From: Myxococcales bacterium
Lineage (GTDB): Bacteria; Myxococcota_A; UBA9042
Length of the DNA stretch: 42,987 bases
Reading direction: 5' to 3'
Assembly (NCBI GenBank): GCA_037441385.1
Contig: JBBISH010000045.1
Location: 1-42,987 of the forward strand
Below the pieces are notes generated by a model, which searched no databases, had not been told where the DNA came from, and saw only the letters and a list, made by a program, of their open reading frames with translations. The translations under genes were made by a program, and so were the position numbers. Shown piece by piece: positions 17,342-26,649 of this stretch; the stretch's first letter is position 1, and each line of letters opens with the position of its first letter.

Positions 17342-18178
17342 ATGGCCCAGGTTTGGAATCGTACCACTTTGAATCGGCTGCTGGGTGCCCTGGTGGCTGT
17401 GACCGGGCTATTCGGCGCGACCGCGGCCTGGGCAAGCGACCCGCCGCCCGATGGCGTGCCGGTGCCCAGCGGCTACACGGCCGAGCACAAGCGAGCCAAG
17501 TCGACATTCGAAGGCTTCTTTGTGCAACTGGGCCTGGGCTACTCGACCAGCGGCGGCGACGGTGGCCCGGTGATTCCGGACGTGCAACAGGGCGCCGCCA
17601 CCAGCGAGTGGAATTTCGGCACGTTCCAGGACTGGCGCAACAAAGGCTGCCTGTACGGCGACAGCCACTGCTACAACCGCGCCATTACCACGGATCGCGG
17701 GGCCGGCTTGGCCGCGGCGTTCCAGCTGGGCTACAACATCAAGGGCTACGCAGACTTGGCCCTGGACTTCGCCTGGAACGGCAGCTTTGGCTCCACCGCT
17801 GACATGGCGGGCGCTGGTGCGGTTTCACCGATGGTCGGCATCCACCCACTGCGGTTCTGGCGCGACGATCTGCCTGCGGACGTGCGCCTTTACACCGGGT
17901 TTGGCGCCTTTGACATCCTGTACTACTACGAGACTGAGTTCCAGACCGAAGCCAAGGGCAAGGCCTGGACGGGCACGTCGGTGCCGTTTGGCCTGCAGGG
18001 CGAGTACAAGTTCGACAAGAACGGCGCGTTCGCCTTGGGTCTGGACCTGCGCTTCGTTCGCGCCAGCTACACCAAGTGGATCTACAACAACGACAAGGAC
18101 ATCGCGAGCCACATGGACAGCAATCCGGTGACCACGATGCGCTTTGCGCCGCGCGTCAATTTCGCCTTCCACTTCTAG
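17342..18178 (+). CDS. Outer-membrane beta-barrel protein
   Basis: GGAGG RBS; signal peptide (AAWA); amphipathic beta-strands; C-terminal VNFAFHF beta-signal. Confidence 0.8.
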   Translation: MAQVWNRTTLNRLLGALVAVTGLFGATAAWASDPPPDGVPVPSGYTAEHKRAKSTFEGFFVQLGLGYSTSGGDGGPVIPDVQQGAATSEWNFGTFQDWRNKGCLYGDSHCYNRAITTDRGAGLAAAFQLGYNIKGYADLALDFAWNGSFGSTADMAGAGAVSPMVGIHPLRFWRDDLPADVRLYTGFGAFDILYYYETEFQTEAKGKAWTGTSVPFGLQGEYKFDKNGAFALGLDLRFVRASYTKWIYNNDKDIASHMDSNPVTTMRFAPRVNFAFHF

Positions 18179-18196
18179 CGTCTGCGTGCTCCTGCG

Positions 18197-19225
18197 ATGA
18201 CCCGCAAGCGCGTCCTCCTCATCCACACCGGCGGCACCCTGGGCATGGGCGAGCCGGCCCACCGCCGCCTGGACCTGGAGCCAGCCGAGCACCTGCAGCG
18301 GATGCTGGAGCGGGTGCCCGAGCTGAGCGAGATCGCCGACTGCGACCTGATCGCGCCGTGGAACCTGGACTCGTCGGATGTGGGCCCCAGCCACTGGCAG
18401 CAATTGGCGCAGGCGGTGGTCCAGCACGGCGGCGCCGGTCAGCCTGGCGGCTACGCCGGCATCGTCATCATCCACGGCACCGACACCCTGGCCTATGCAG
18501 CGTCGGCGCTGGCGTTCATGCTGCGCAACCTGGATCGGCCAGTTATTTTCACGGGTTCACAACGGCCGCTGCAGGCCTGGCGCACCGATGCCCGCGCCAA
18601 CCTGGCCGCGGCGGTCGAGGCGGCGACGCTGGACCTGCCCGAAGTGGCGATCGTTTTTGGCGATCGCGTACTGCGCGGCTGCCGCGCCACCAAGGTGGAC
18701 GCCAGCGACTACCTCGCGTTCGACACGCCCAACCTGTCCCCGCTGGGTCGGATCGGTGTGGGAATTGACCTGGATCCGGTGCTGATCCGCCGGCCAAGCG
18801 GCCCGTTTGCCTTGGCCGAAGACCTGAATCGACAGGTGTTGGGGGTCACCGTTTTCCCCGGCTTCGATCCCGCGCTGCTCGACGGGGTAGCCGACTCTGG
18901 CGCCGGGATGCGTGTCAAAGCATTGATCGTGCGGGCTTTTGGCGCGGGCAACGTGCCCATCGTGGGCGACTACAGCTTGCTGCCGGCGATCGAGCGCATG
19001 TCGGCGCGCGGCGTCGCGGTGCTGATCGCCACTCAATGCTTGCGGGGCAGCGCCCAGCTGGATCTGTACGCGGCCGGCCGTGCCCTGCGCGACGCGGGCG
19101 CCATCTCGGCAGGCGACATGAGCTTTGAGGCCGCGTCGACCAAGGCGATGTGGGCCTTGGGGCACCCCGAGCGTAGCGTGGCCGAGTGGTTCGCCCTGAA
19201 CCTGGCCGGAGAAGTCAGTCTTTAG
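18197..19225 (+). CDS. ansA: L-asparaginase, type I (cytoplasmic)
   Basis: IHTGGTLGM, LDSSD, HGTDTLAY, FTGSQRP, GAGN, TQC; no signal peptide. Confidence 0.9.
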   Translation: MTRKRVLLIHTGGTLGMGEPAHRRLDLEPAEHLQRMLERVPELSEIADCDLIAPWNLDSSDVGPSHWQQLAQAVVQHGGAGQPGGYAGIVIIHGTDTLAYAASALAFMLRNLDRPVIFTGSQRPLQAWRTDARANLAAAVEAATLDLPEVAIVFGDRVLRGCRATKVDASDYLAFDTPNLSPLGRIGVGIDLDPVLIRRPSGPFALAEDLNRQVLGVTVFPGFDPALLDGVADSGAGMRVKALIVRAFGAGNVPIVGDYSLLPAIERMSARGVAVLIATQCLRGSAQLDLYAAGRALRDAGAISAGDMSFEAASTKAMWALGHPERSVAEWFALNLAGEVSL

Positions 19226-19393
19226 CTTGCGCGGGCGCGCGGCTATACTGCGCCGATGATGTCCTATGAACGCCGCCTGATTCACGCTTGTTCGGCCTGC
19301 CCAACCCGCTATGCAACCGGCGAGAATCAGGCCGGGACCCCGGTTCGGCCCCAGAGAATTGCCAGGGTTCTCGAACCGATTCAGAGGGAATTC

Positions 19394-20827
19394 GTGTTCA
19401 TCCCTTCATCCTTGGTGCTCCGCACCCTTCGGATCGGCCTAGCGATCGTGGTGGGACTGATGTGCCTGGCGTGCCAGCGCATTGCCGAAGACGACAGCCC
19501 CGACACGTTGACCGGCATCAAGATCGACAGCTGGACCACGGCCGACATTGGCAAGATCGATGGCAGCGGGGCCGATTCCAAGACATCCGCCACCAAAGAC
19601 GCCGCTCCTCCACCGCCCGAAAAGTGCGGCAACGACTTGGACGACGACGGCGACGGCTACGTCGACGAGGCCAAGTGCTACCCCGAACCCAATTTGCGAC
19701 CCGGGGCCGAGTGGCAAGACCTGGGAGTCGTCGACATCAGCGCAGGAAAAGGCAAAGCGCCGCTGCGGTCCTTTGGCGCGGCCCTGAAGAACGAGGGCAT
19801 GGTGGTGGTGGCCGAAGACGTGATGGTGCGGCCAGTCGGTACTTACGCGCAGTATGTGTGGGCCGAGCAGTTGGTCTCGCCCGCTGGCGTGGTGGCCCTG
19901 GCCCCCGGCGAATGGCCCTCTTCGCCCAACCGGGCCATGGTCGGCGTAACCGCGAGCACTCTACAAGTCGGTATGAGTCCAAGCCTTTCGGTCGTTGCTG
20001 GACCGTGGAAGATCGCCTTCACCCACGCCCACTCGCTGCCTACCGCCTGGGACGGCACGACCACGGCGGCCAAACTGCATCTGGGCGTCTACGCGCGACC
20101 CGAGATTCCGGCGAATCAGCCAGCTTTCCTGGACTTGGATGTGTTCTGCGTGGGCGGCGTGCCGATGCCCTGTGCCCAGCTCGCCACCAGCCCGCAGTGG
20201 GCGATCATGGCCGCCCGCATCAATGCCATTTGGAAGCCGGCTTCGGTTCAGCTGGGTACCGTGACCTTTACCGACTTGGATGGCGACGACGGAGTCAAAT
20301 ACAAGTACTTGGACAACGTGCTAGAGGGTCTGCCGCAAAACGAGCTGTTCGGCGTGTATCAGGCCACCGCCAAGCGGCGACCGCAGTCCACGGCCGCCAC
20401 ACTGGTCCTGGCCGCGGCGCTGAACGACAACGGGTTGACCGCGGCGGCGGGTCTATCGGCGCTTGCGGGGGTGCCGGGTTGGCCGGGGCGGCGCAGTTCT
20501 GGGCTCGCGGTCGCCATCGATCCCGACTCGTGGCAGAAGGTGGTGGCCCAGGGCCCCAATGCGCCGTATGCGGGCGACGTGTGGGGCGTGGTCATTGCGC
20601 ACGAAATCGGGCACTTCCTGGGCCTGTGGCACACCGACGAGAAGCTGAGTTCCCTCCACGACCCGATCGACGACACGCCGCCCTGCAACCTAAACGAAAG
20701 CACCGAGAAGACCAAGGCGACCTGCCCGGTGCAGGCCAAGTACTTGATGTTCTGGGCGCCCGCCGGCACCAGCGTCACCCTGGGGCAAGCCAAGGTGGTG
20801 CGCCTGAGCCCGGCGCTGCGGCCGTAG
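19394..20827 (+). CDS. Lipoprotein zinc metalloprotease (metzincin)
   Basis: GTG start after AGAGGG; lipobox MCLAC; EKCGNDLDDDGDGYVDE metal-binding repeat; HEIGHFLGLWH zinc motif; YLMFW Met-turn; TATACT -10 at 19244-19249. Confidence 0.8.
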   Translation: MFIPSSLVLRTLRIGLAIVVGLMCLACQRIAEDDSPDTLTGIKIDSWTTADIGKIDGSGADSKTSATKDAAPPPPEKCGNDLDDDGDGYVDEAKCYPEPNLRPGAEWQDLGVVDISAGKGKAPLRSFGAALKNEGMVVVAEDVMVRPVGTYAQYVWAEQLVSPAGVVALAPGEWPSSPNRAMVGVTASTLQVGMSPSLSVVAGPWKIAFTHAHSLPTAWDGTTTAAKLHLGVYARPEIPANQPAFLDLDVFCVGGVPMPCAQLATSPQWAIMAARINAIWKPASVQLGTVTFTDLDGDDGVKYKYLDNVLEGLPQNELFGVYQATAKRRPQSTAATLVLAAALNDNGLTAAAGLSALAGVPGWPGRRSSGLAVAIDPDSWQKVVAQGPNAPYAGDVWGVVIAHEIGHFLGLWHTDEKLSSLHDPIDDTPPCNLNESTEKTKATCPVQAKYLMFWAPAGTSVTLGQAKVVRLSPALRP

Positions 20828-20926
20828 CCCCAGACCCTACGCAGTGCAATGGGTCCGCTGGACCGCGACCGTTGAAAAACCGCGAGCGCAAGCCTACGCT
20901 GCGTCCATCTAGCCCCGGAGCCGAGC

Positions 20927-21949
20927 ATGAAGACACGCCAAACGACCCCAACTTCCCTGGCCCAGCGCGCTCTGACGCTGCTGGTCACCCTGCTGGCCTT
21001 GCTGGTCTGGACGACCCCGGTGCTGGCCGCGCCCAGCGATGCGCTGAACATCTTGCGCAGTGTGGGCCAAAGCGGCATCGCTCAAGACGTGGGGCTGGAT
21101 CAGGCCAAGAAAGACACCGCCAACCAGATTGCGCGCGAGGCGGCGCAAAAGACGGGCGCCAAGGTCTACGTGGTGCTGCTCAAGCGCGACGAAGATCCCG
21201 GCCCCTACGCCGAGCTGTACAGCCAGTTGGGGATGCAGGGCAAAGACCTGCTCGTCGCGTCGAACGGCACCAAGTGGGAAGTGAAGTGTGCCGGCCTGTC
21301 GCACGACAGCAAGGAAGCCGCGGTCGAGCGGGGTCTCAAGGTGCAAGGCCTGGATCCGCTGGGGCGCCTGCGCGAGCTGACCACGCAGATGACCACGGCG
21401 ATCAATCAGCAGACGCTGACTGTGGCGGGCACCGGCCGCATGAGCTGGAACGAATTCCAGTCTGCCAATGCCGGCAAGGGCTGGTCGGGCGCGCGCATGT
21501 CCGAAGAGTACGCACGCTACAAGGCCACCGGCGTAATGCCCGGCGGTGGCGGCGCGATCACCACCACCTCCACGACCGCTGCGGTGCCCGTGGTGCACAG
21601 CTCCAGTTCGCATACTGGCGCGTGGCTGTTCTTGGGCGCCATCCTCATCGCGGTCGTGGGCGTGGTGCTGTGGCGCCGCAAGCAGCGCGACGCGAGCCTG
21701 GGCCAGGACCTGAAGAACGCACTGCAAGGCCCCGAGCAGGTCATCACGGACGTGTACATGAACATGGACGGGCTAGAGAACCACCCGCGCTTTGGTCAGC
21801 TGCTGGAAGCCGCCAACGCCTGCCAGGCCAAGCTGGACGAGTTGAAGAAGGGGCCTGCCACCCGCGAAGCCGTGTCCAAGGCCCGCGCCCTGAACGACGA
21901 AGCCAACCGCGTGCGCCGCGCCTTTGACGACGCCAAGATGCACAAGTAG
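20927..21949 (+). CDS. Single-pass membrane protein: signal peptide, TPM-like extracytoplasmic domain, TM helix, cytoplasmic helical tail
   Basis: GGAG RBS; signal ..TPVLA; QKTGAKVYVVLL..DLLVASNG (TPM-like); TM AWLFLGAILIAVVGVVLW followed by RRK. Confidence 0.75.
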   Translation: MKTRQTTPTSLAQRALTLLVTLLALLVWTTPVLAAPSDALNILRSVGQSGIAQDVGLDQAKKDTANQIAREAAQKTGAKVYVVLLKRDEDPGPYAELYSQLGMQGKDLLVASNGTKWEVKCAGLSHDSKEAAVERGLKVQGLDPLGRLRELTTQMTTAINQQTLTVAGTGRMSWNEFQSANAGKGWSGARMSEEYARYKATGVMPGGGGAITTTSTTAAVPVVHSSSSHTGAWLFLGAILIAVVGVVLWRRKQRDASLGQDLKNALQGPEQVITDVYMNMDGLENHPRFGQLLEAANACQAKLDELKKGPATREAVSKARALNDEANRVRRAFDDAKMHK

Positions 21950-22003
21950 CGGAGCCGAATCCGCCGTTTTTGAACGTACCTAGAACTTCAGCAGGAGTCG
22001 ATC

Positions 22004-23239
22004 ATGCGCCTGACCGCCCAAGCCCGCGTCTTTCTCCAAGCCGGCGAGGAAGTGTTCCGCAAGCCCAGTTTCTGGGACAAGTTCAAGGGTTTCTTGGGTT
22101 CCGACGTGGACCTGCGCACCGGCGAGTTGAGCTTGGCCGGCAATGCCCTGGCCGTGTGCGAGCAGGTGCAGCAGGCCCTGGTAGCGGCCAAGATCACCAA
22201 CGCGGTGAGCATGGGCGTCGATCGCGACATCCTGTTCCAGGACCTGGAAGACCGCGACAACGACGCCGACATGCTTTTGCGGGCGGCGCGGGCCTCTGCC
22301 GCGCGGTTCCAGCAGCCTTTCTCGGTGATTCGCATCGTGTTCGAGCACGAAAAGGCCGGCCTGCACAGCCTGATCGAGGCGACCATCCGCAGCAGCTACA
22401 AGCCCACCGAGCCAGCGGTCATCCTGGCCATCGGCAGCCGCATCAGCGCGCTGCGCCCGCAAGACGGCGAAGACATCGAGACGGCCAAAGACCGCATCGG
22501 CAAAGCCTTGGGTGATCCGCATCTGGTCCCCACCAGCAAGGCCGTGCTCGACGAGCTGCTCGCGCGCATCGAGACCGCGCTCAGCCGCGTGTTTGCCGGC
22601 GCCCGCATCGAGGTGGATCACGCCGACGTGCAGGTGGTGCGCCCCAGCCGCGACGACGTGCAAAACATGGCTGGGTCGTACGACCAGCGCGACGCCAGCC
22701 TGCGCTCTGCGCCCAACTACTATCCGGGCTTCCGCTACGGCGCCTACTATGACCCGTGGGGAACTTACTATTACGATCCTATGGATACGTTTGTGAGCTT
22801 GATGGTCTTGGATGCGATCGCCTCTCCAAGGCACCATTGGGGCTATGGTCCCGGCTATTTGGGCACCAGCTGGGGCAGCTATGGCGCGCCGGTGACGATC
22901 GTCAACTACAACGGCCACCCATTTGGCACCGCCGACCACTATAGCAGCTTCAGCAATCAAATCGGCGACGTAGGCAGCGTTGTCAACCAAGACTTCTCGT
23001 CGGCCAGCTTCAGCGACGGCTGGCTGTCCAGCTACGACGCCAGCAATTCCAGCTTTGACTCCGGCGGCTCGGGCGGCAGCTGGGACTGCGCCGGTGGCTC
23101 CAGCGGCAGCAGCGACTGCGCGTCGTCGGACTGCAGCTTTGACTGCAGCTCGGACTGCAGCTACGACTGCGCGTCCAGCGACTGCTCGTGGGACTGCTCG
23201 TCGGATTGCAGCAGCGATTGTGGTGGCTCCGATTGGTAG
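22004..23239 (+). CDS. Hypothetical protein with a Tyr/Gly-rich segment and a C-terminal tail of ten Asp-Cys units; candidate radical SAM substrate
   Basis: AGGAG RBS; tail WDCAGGSSGSSDCASSDCSFDCSSDCSYDCASSDCSWDCSSDCSSDCGGSDW. Confidence 0.85.
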   Translation: MRLTAQARVFLQAGEEVFRKPSFWDKFKGFLGSDVDLRTGELSLAGNALAVCEQVQQALVAAKITNAVSMGVDRDILFQDLEDRDNDADMLLRAARASAARFQQPFSVIRIVFEHEKAGLHSLIEATIRSSYKPTEPAVILAIGSRISALRPQDGEDIETAKDRIGKALGDPHLVPTSKAVLDELLARIETALSRVFAGARIEVDHADVQVVRPSRDDVQNMAGSYDQRDASLRSAPNYYPGFRYGAYYDPWGTYYYDPMDTFVSLMVLDAIASPRHHWGYGPGYLGTSWGSYGAPVTIVNYNGHPFGTADHYSSFSNQIGDVGSVVNQDFSSASFSDGWLSSYDASNSSFDSGGSGGSWDCAGGSSGSSDCASSDCSFDCSSDCSYDCASSDCSWDCSSDCSSDCGGSDW

Positions 23240-24753
23240 CTCGCGTTCCTTCAGCCAATTCAAGCTCTTCGGCCCTGTCTCAGCCAGCCCGCCTCGGCTT
23301 GCCCCCCCGCACGCTGTGGCGGGACTTGCCGGTGCGCCGCGCGCCGCGCCTGTATACGTCGTGGCTGGACGGGCGACCTTTTGCCCATGATCCAGATGGT
23401 TACGACGCGTTGGCGGTGCTGACCCCGCCCGCTTGGCAGCTGTGCCTGGCCGCCGATGGCCGGCCGCTGGGCCAAGTGTTGGACGAGTTGGCGCCAGGCG
23501 GCGATCACGAAGGCTATCTGCGCGAGCTGCCTCTGCTTTGGCGCAACGGCTTTGTGCGAACGCCTGGGATCCGTCCGCGCACGCCGCAGGCCACCAGCGA
23601 GCGCGTCTTCAACACTTGGATCCACCTGACCAACGCCTGCAATTTGGCGTGCCCGTACTGCTACATCCACAAAGACAAGCGGCACATGGCCGACCATGTG
23701 GTGAGCGATGTGCTAGCGAGCGTGGCGGCCACGGCGCGTTCGGGCGAGGTCGATCGCATCCACGTGCGCTATGCAGGCGGCGAACCGATGCTGCGCTTTG
23801 CGGCCATGCAGGCCTTTCACCAGCAAGCGACCGAGGTTTGCGCGCAGCACGGGGTCAAGTTTTCGGCCGCGGTGCTGACCAATGGCGCAGTGGTGCCGGC
23901 GGGCGCGATCGCCTGGCTCAAGGCCAATCAAGTTTCGGTGTCGATGTCGATCGACGGCGTGGGCGCGACGCAGGACCTGATGCGGCCGGTGGTGGGCGGC
24001 GGCTCGTCCTTTGCGCGGGTGCAGCACGGCTTAGACCAGTACCAGCAGGCGGGCATCCAGCCCTACATGCTCGTCACGGTGGGGGCAAGCAACTTGGACG
24101 GTCTGCCCGACCTGACCGAGTTTTTGCTGAGTCGCGGCCTTGGCTTCCGCTATAGTCTGGTCCGCGATCTCGAGTGGGGCGGCAGCGTCATGGACGACCG
24201 CCACGGCCCCGAGCACGCCGATGGCCGACCGACCGCGCCCACCGACATCTTGAGCGGACCGCCGCTGTACCGCCTGCAAGAGGTGCTGGGGCGCTGCTAT
24301 CGGCGCATCGAGGAGCATGTCCGCCACAGTGACGGCAAGGATCCCAACTGGTTCCGCCGCACGCACCGCTTTTGCGACCTGGACCTGTGGCGGCCGCTGC
24401 AGCATGCCTGTGGCGCTGGGCGGACTTATGTGGCCATCGGCGAGGATGGCCAGGTCAGCCCGTGCCAGGCGGCGTTGCACCACGCCGGCACGCAGCCGGT
24501 CAGGGGGGCCTCGCTGCTGCAATTGGCCAAGGGCCAGACGCAGTTCCCGCAGTTCACGCGCGGCGTGGGCAACCCTGAGTGCGCGCGCTGCCGGCACAAG
24601 CCATCGTGTGCGGGCGGCTGTCCGCTGCAGCTGTACCGCCGCGAGGGCCATGTCGACGGTCGGTCCCCGTACTGCCAGGTCTACAAAGCTGTGATCCCGC
24701 AGATGGTGCGCATCGCGGCCCTAGAGCTGATCTTGGCGCAGACGCGGAGCTGA
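23233..24753 (+). CDS. Radical SAM/SPASM-domain maturase with an RRE/PqqD-like N-terminal domain
   Basis: CNLACPYC (CxxxCxxC), YAGGEP, LTNG, MSIDG; SPASM CGAG..GQVSPC..CARC..SCAGGCP..YC; start uncertain (TTG 23233 overlapping the upstream stop, or 23299/23332). Confidence 0.92.
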   Translation: MVARVPSANSSSSALSQPARLGLPPRTLWRDLPVRRAPRLYTSWLDGRPFAHDPDGYDALAVLTPPAWQLCLAADGRPLGQVLDELAPGGDHEGYLRELPLLWRNGFVRTPGIRPRTPQATSERVFNTWIHLTNACNLACPYCYIHKDKRHMADHVVSDVLASVAATARSGEVDRIHVRYAGGEPMLRFAAMQAFHQQATEVCAQHGVKFSAAVLTNGAVVPAGAIAWLKANQVSVSMSIDGVGATQDLMRPVVGGGSSFARVQHGLDQYQQAGIQPYMLVTVGASNLDGLPDLTEFLLSRGLGFRYSLVRDLEWGGSVMDDRHGPEHADGRPTAPTDILSGPPLYRLQEVLGRCYRRIEEHVRHSDGKDPNWFRRTHRFCDLDLWRPLQHACGAGRTYVAIGEDGQVSPCQAALHHAGTQPVRGASLLQLAKGQTQFPQFTRGVGNPECARCRHKPSCAGGCPLQLYRREGHVDGRSPYCQVYKAVIPQMVRIAALELILAQTRS

Positions 24754-24756
24754 CGG

Positions 24757-25827
24757 ATGGACCAGATCGTCCTGCACAATCCCGTGCAAACCTGGCTGGT
24801 GGCCGTGCTGGTGGTGGCGCTGGGCTGGCTGCTGGGCCGCCTGACGCGCTTTGTGCTCAGCCGCTGGGTGGTCAAGTTGACTGCGGCGACGGGCACCAAC
24901 CTGGACGACAAGATCATCCAACGCTCGGCGCGGCCGGTGGGCCTGATCGTCACGTTTGCCTCGGTGCACGTGGCCCTGGCGATGTTGGTGGTGCCCGACC
25001 AAAGCCGCCACTTGATCGAAGGCACGGTGGTCGCGGCCATCGCCATCACCGCCGCCGTCATCGTGATGCGCAGTGTGGACGCGGTGTTCGAGGAAGTGCT
25101 GAACCCTTGGGCCGCACGACAAAACCCGCCGGTCAACCCGCTCGTGCTCGATGTCGCGCGCATCGCCATCAAGGTCGTGTGCGGCTCGCTGGCGACCGTC
25201 ACGGTGATGCAGCGCGCCGGCTTTGACGTGTGGAGTGTGATCACCGGCCTGGGTATCGGCGGCGTGGCAGTGGCGCTGGCCGCGCAGCAAACGCTGGGCA
25301 ACCTGTTCGGCTCGGTGCAAGTGATGACCGACCGGCCGTTCGCCGTGGGCGACTTCGTGCAGATCGACCGCTATTCGGGACGGGTGCAGAGCGTGGGGCT
25401 GCGATCGACGCGGCTCAAGCGCGCCTCGGGCGAGATCGTGGTCATCCCCAACAAGCACGTGGCCGAGACGACCATCGAGAATTTCATGGCCGATCAGGGC
25501 CAAGTCCGTGAATTCACACTCGCGCTCACCTACGAGACCGCGGCCGAGCGCGTAGAAGAGGCTTGCGAGCGCGTCCGGCAGATCCTGGCGCAGCAGCCCG
25601 GCATCCACGGCGAGGTGATGGTGCACTTTTGGGCCTTTGACGAGTCGGCCCTGCGCCTGCGCGTCATCTACCGCGTGCCGCTGGCCGACCAGTTCGCCGA
25701 CATCGCCCACGCGGTCAACATGGCGATCTTGAAGGATTTCGCCGCGGCGGGTCTGGGCTTTGCCTACCCAGTACGTCGAGTCATCGTCGACGGTCCGGCG
25801 AGTGCGGCCGACGCGGTCGGCTCATGA
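24757..25827 (+). CDS. MscS-family mechanosensitive channel
   Basis: GLGIGGVAVALAAQQTLGNLFGS, DRPFAVGDFVQI, GRVQSVGLRSTRL, IPNK, FAYP. Confidence 0.93.
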   Translation: MDQIVLHNPVQTWLVAVLVVALGWLLGRLTRFVLSRWVVKLTAATGTNLDDKIIQRSARPVGLIVTFASVHVALAMLVVPDQSRHLIEGTVVAAIAITAAVIVMRSVDAVFEEVLNPWAARQNPPVNPLVLDVARIAIKVVCGSLATVTVMQRAGFDVWSVITGLGIGGVAVALAAQQTLGNLFGSVQVMTDRPFAVGDFVQIDRYSGRVQSVGLRSTRLKRASGEIVVIPNKHVAETTIENFMADQGQVREFTLALTYETAAERVEEACERVRQILAQQPGIHGEVMVHFWAFDESALRLRVIYRVPLADQFADIAHAVNMAILKDFAAAGLGFAYPVRRVIVDGPASAADAVGS

Positions 25828-26145
25828 TTTCTTGAAGCAATCGTGGCACTGCTCGGTCCACGGCGACTCGTCCAGCGCCAAGTCGGGCAGCGGCTGGCCA
25901 CAGTCCTGGCACTTACCGAATTCGGCTGTGCCCAAGCGCCGTTGCGCGCGGATGATCTGGTCCAGAAAGCGCCGCAGCCGCTCGTGGGGCTTCTCGCCAG
26001 GCTTCTCTTCGTTTGGCAATTTCATGGTGGCGAGCGTCACGTTCATGCCCGCCAGCACTTCCGTCAGCTTCTGATTGATTTCCATACCCTTGCGACCCAG
26101 TGCCGTGCGCAGCCGGGCCAGGCGGGCGGGATCCATCTCGCTCAT
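25822..26145 (-). CDS. DksA/TraR-like C4 zinc-finger protein
   Basis: Helical N-terminal part followed by FGKCQDCGQPLP..LDESPWTEQCHDC. Confidence 0.8.
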   Translation of the reverse strand: MSEMDPARLARLRTALGRKGMEINQKLTEVLAGMNVTLATMKLPNEEKPGEKPHERLRRFLDQIIRAQRRLGTAEFGKCQDCGQPLPDLALDESPWTEQCHDCFKKS

Positions 26146-26247
26146 GTTGCAGTCCAGACTGCGCGTTTGCCGCGCCAACCCCGCAAGACTGCCCAAGTGC
26201 GACCGGCGTGACAACCCACGCGGTCAAGGCAGTTGCCGCGCGCTGCC

Positions 26248-26275
26248 TTGCCTGACGCGGCAAAGATCCTACACT
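26248..26275 (+). promoter_or_regulatory. Candidate sigma70 promoter of clpS-clpA
   Basis: TTGCCT-N16-TACACT about 40 nt upstream of the clpS ATG; overlaps inverted repeat CAAGGCAG/CTGCCTTG. Confidence 0.4.
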
Positions 26276-26316
26276 GGCCCAGGGTGCGCGTGCCCCATGT
26301 CCATGTGCCAAGCCGT

Positions 26317-26640
26317 ATGCCAAACCCCAAAGATCAAGACCAAAATGAACAGGGGCTGGCCCTGGCCACGCGGAGCCGGGCCAAGCGGCCCACGCTGTAC
26401 AACGTCATTTTGCACAACGACGACTACACCACCCAGGAACTGGTCGTGGAGATCTTGCGGAATTTCTTCCACAAGACCGATACCGAGGCGCGCCACATCA
26501 TGCTGACGGTGCACAACAAGGGCAAGGGCGTCGCGGGGACCTACCCGCGCGACACGGCGGAGTCCAAGGTCATGCAAGTCACGGACTACGCCCGGGCCCA
26601 GGGCGCGCCGCTCAAGCTGACCATGGAACCTGCGACCTGA
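26317..26640 (+). CDS. clpS: ATP-dependent Clp protease adaptor ClpS
   Basis: YNVILHNDDYTT, IMLTVHNKGKGVAGTY, PLKLTME; directly upstream of clpA. Confidence 0.95.
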   Translation: MPNPKDQDQNEQGLALATRSRAKRPTLYNVILHNDDYTTQELVVEILRNFFHKTDTEARHIMLTVHNKGKGVAGTYPRDTAESKVMQVTDYARAQGAPLKLTMEPAT

Positions 26641-26649
26641 AGGGGACCG

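Noticed and set aside
19288..21927. 879-aa ORF
   Set aside because: Off-frame shadow spanning two real genes; Arg-rich with no motifs
23188..23232. rSAM start at 23188 as given by the ORF track
   Set aside because: Overlaps the Cys tail of the upstream gene in another frame; a start at or after 23233 is more plausible
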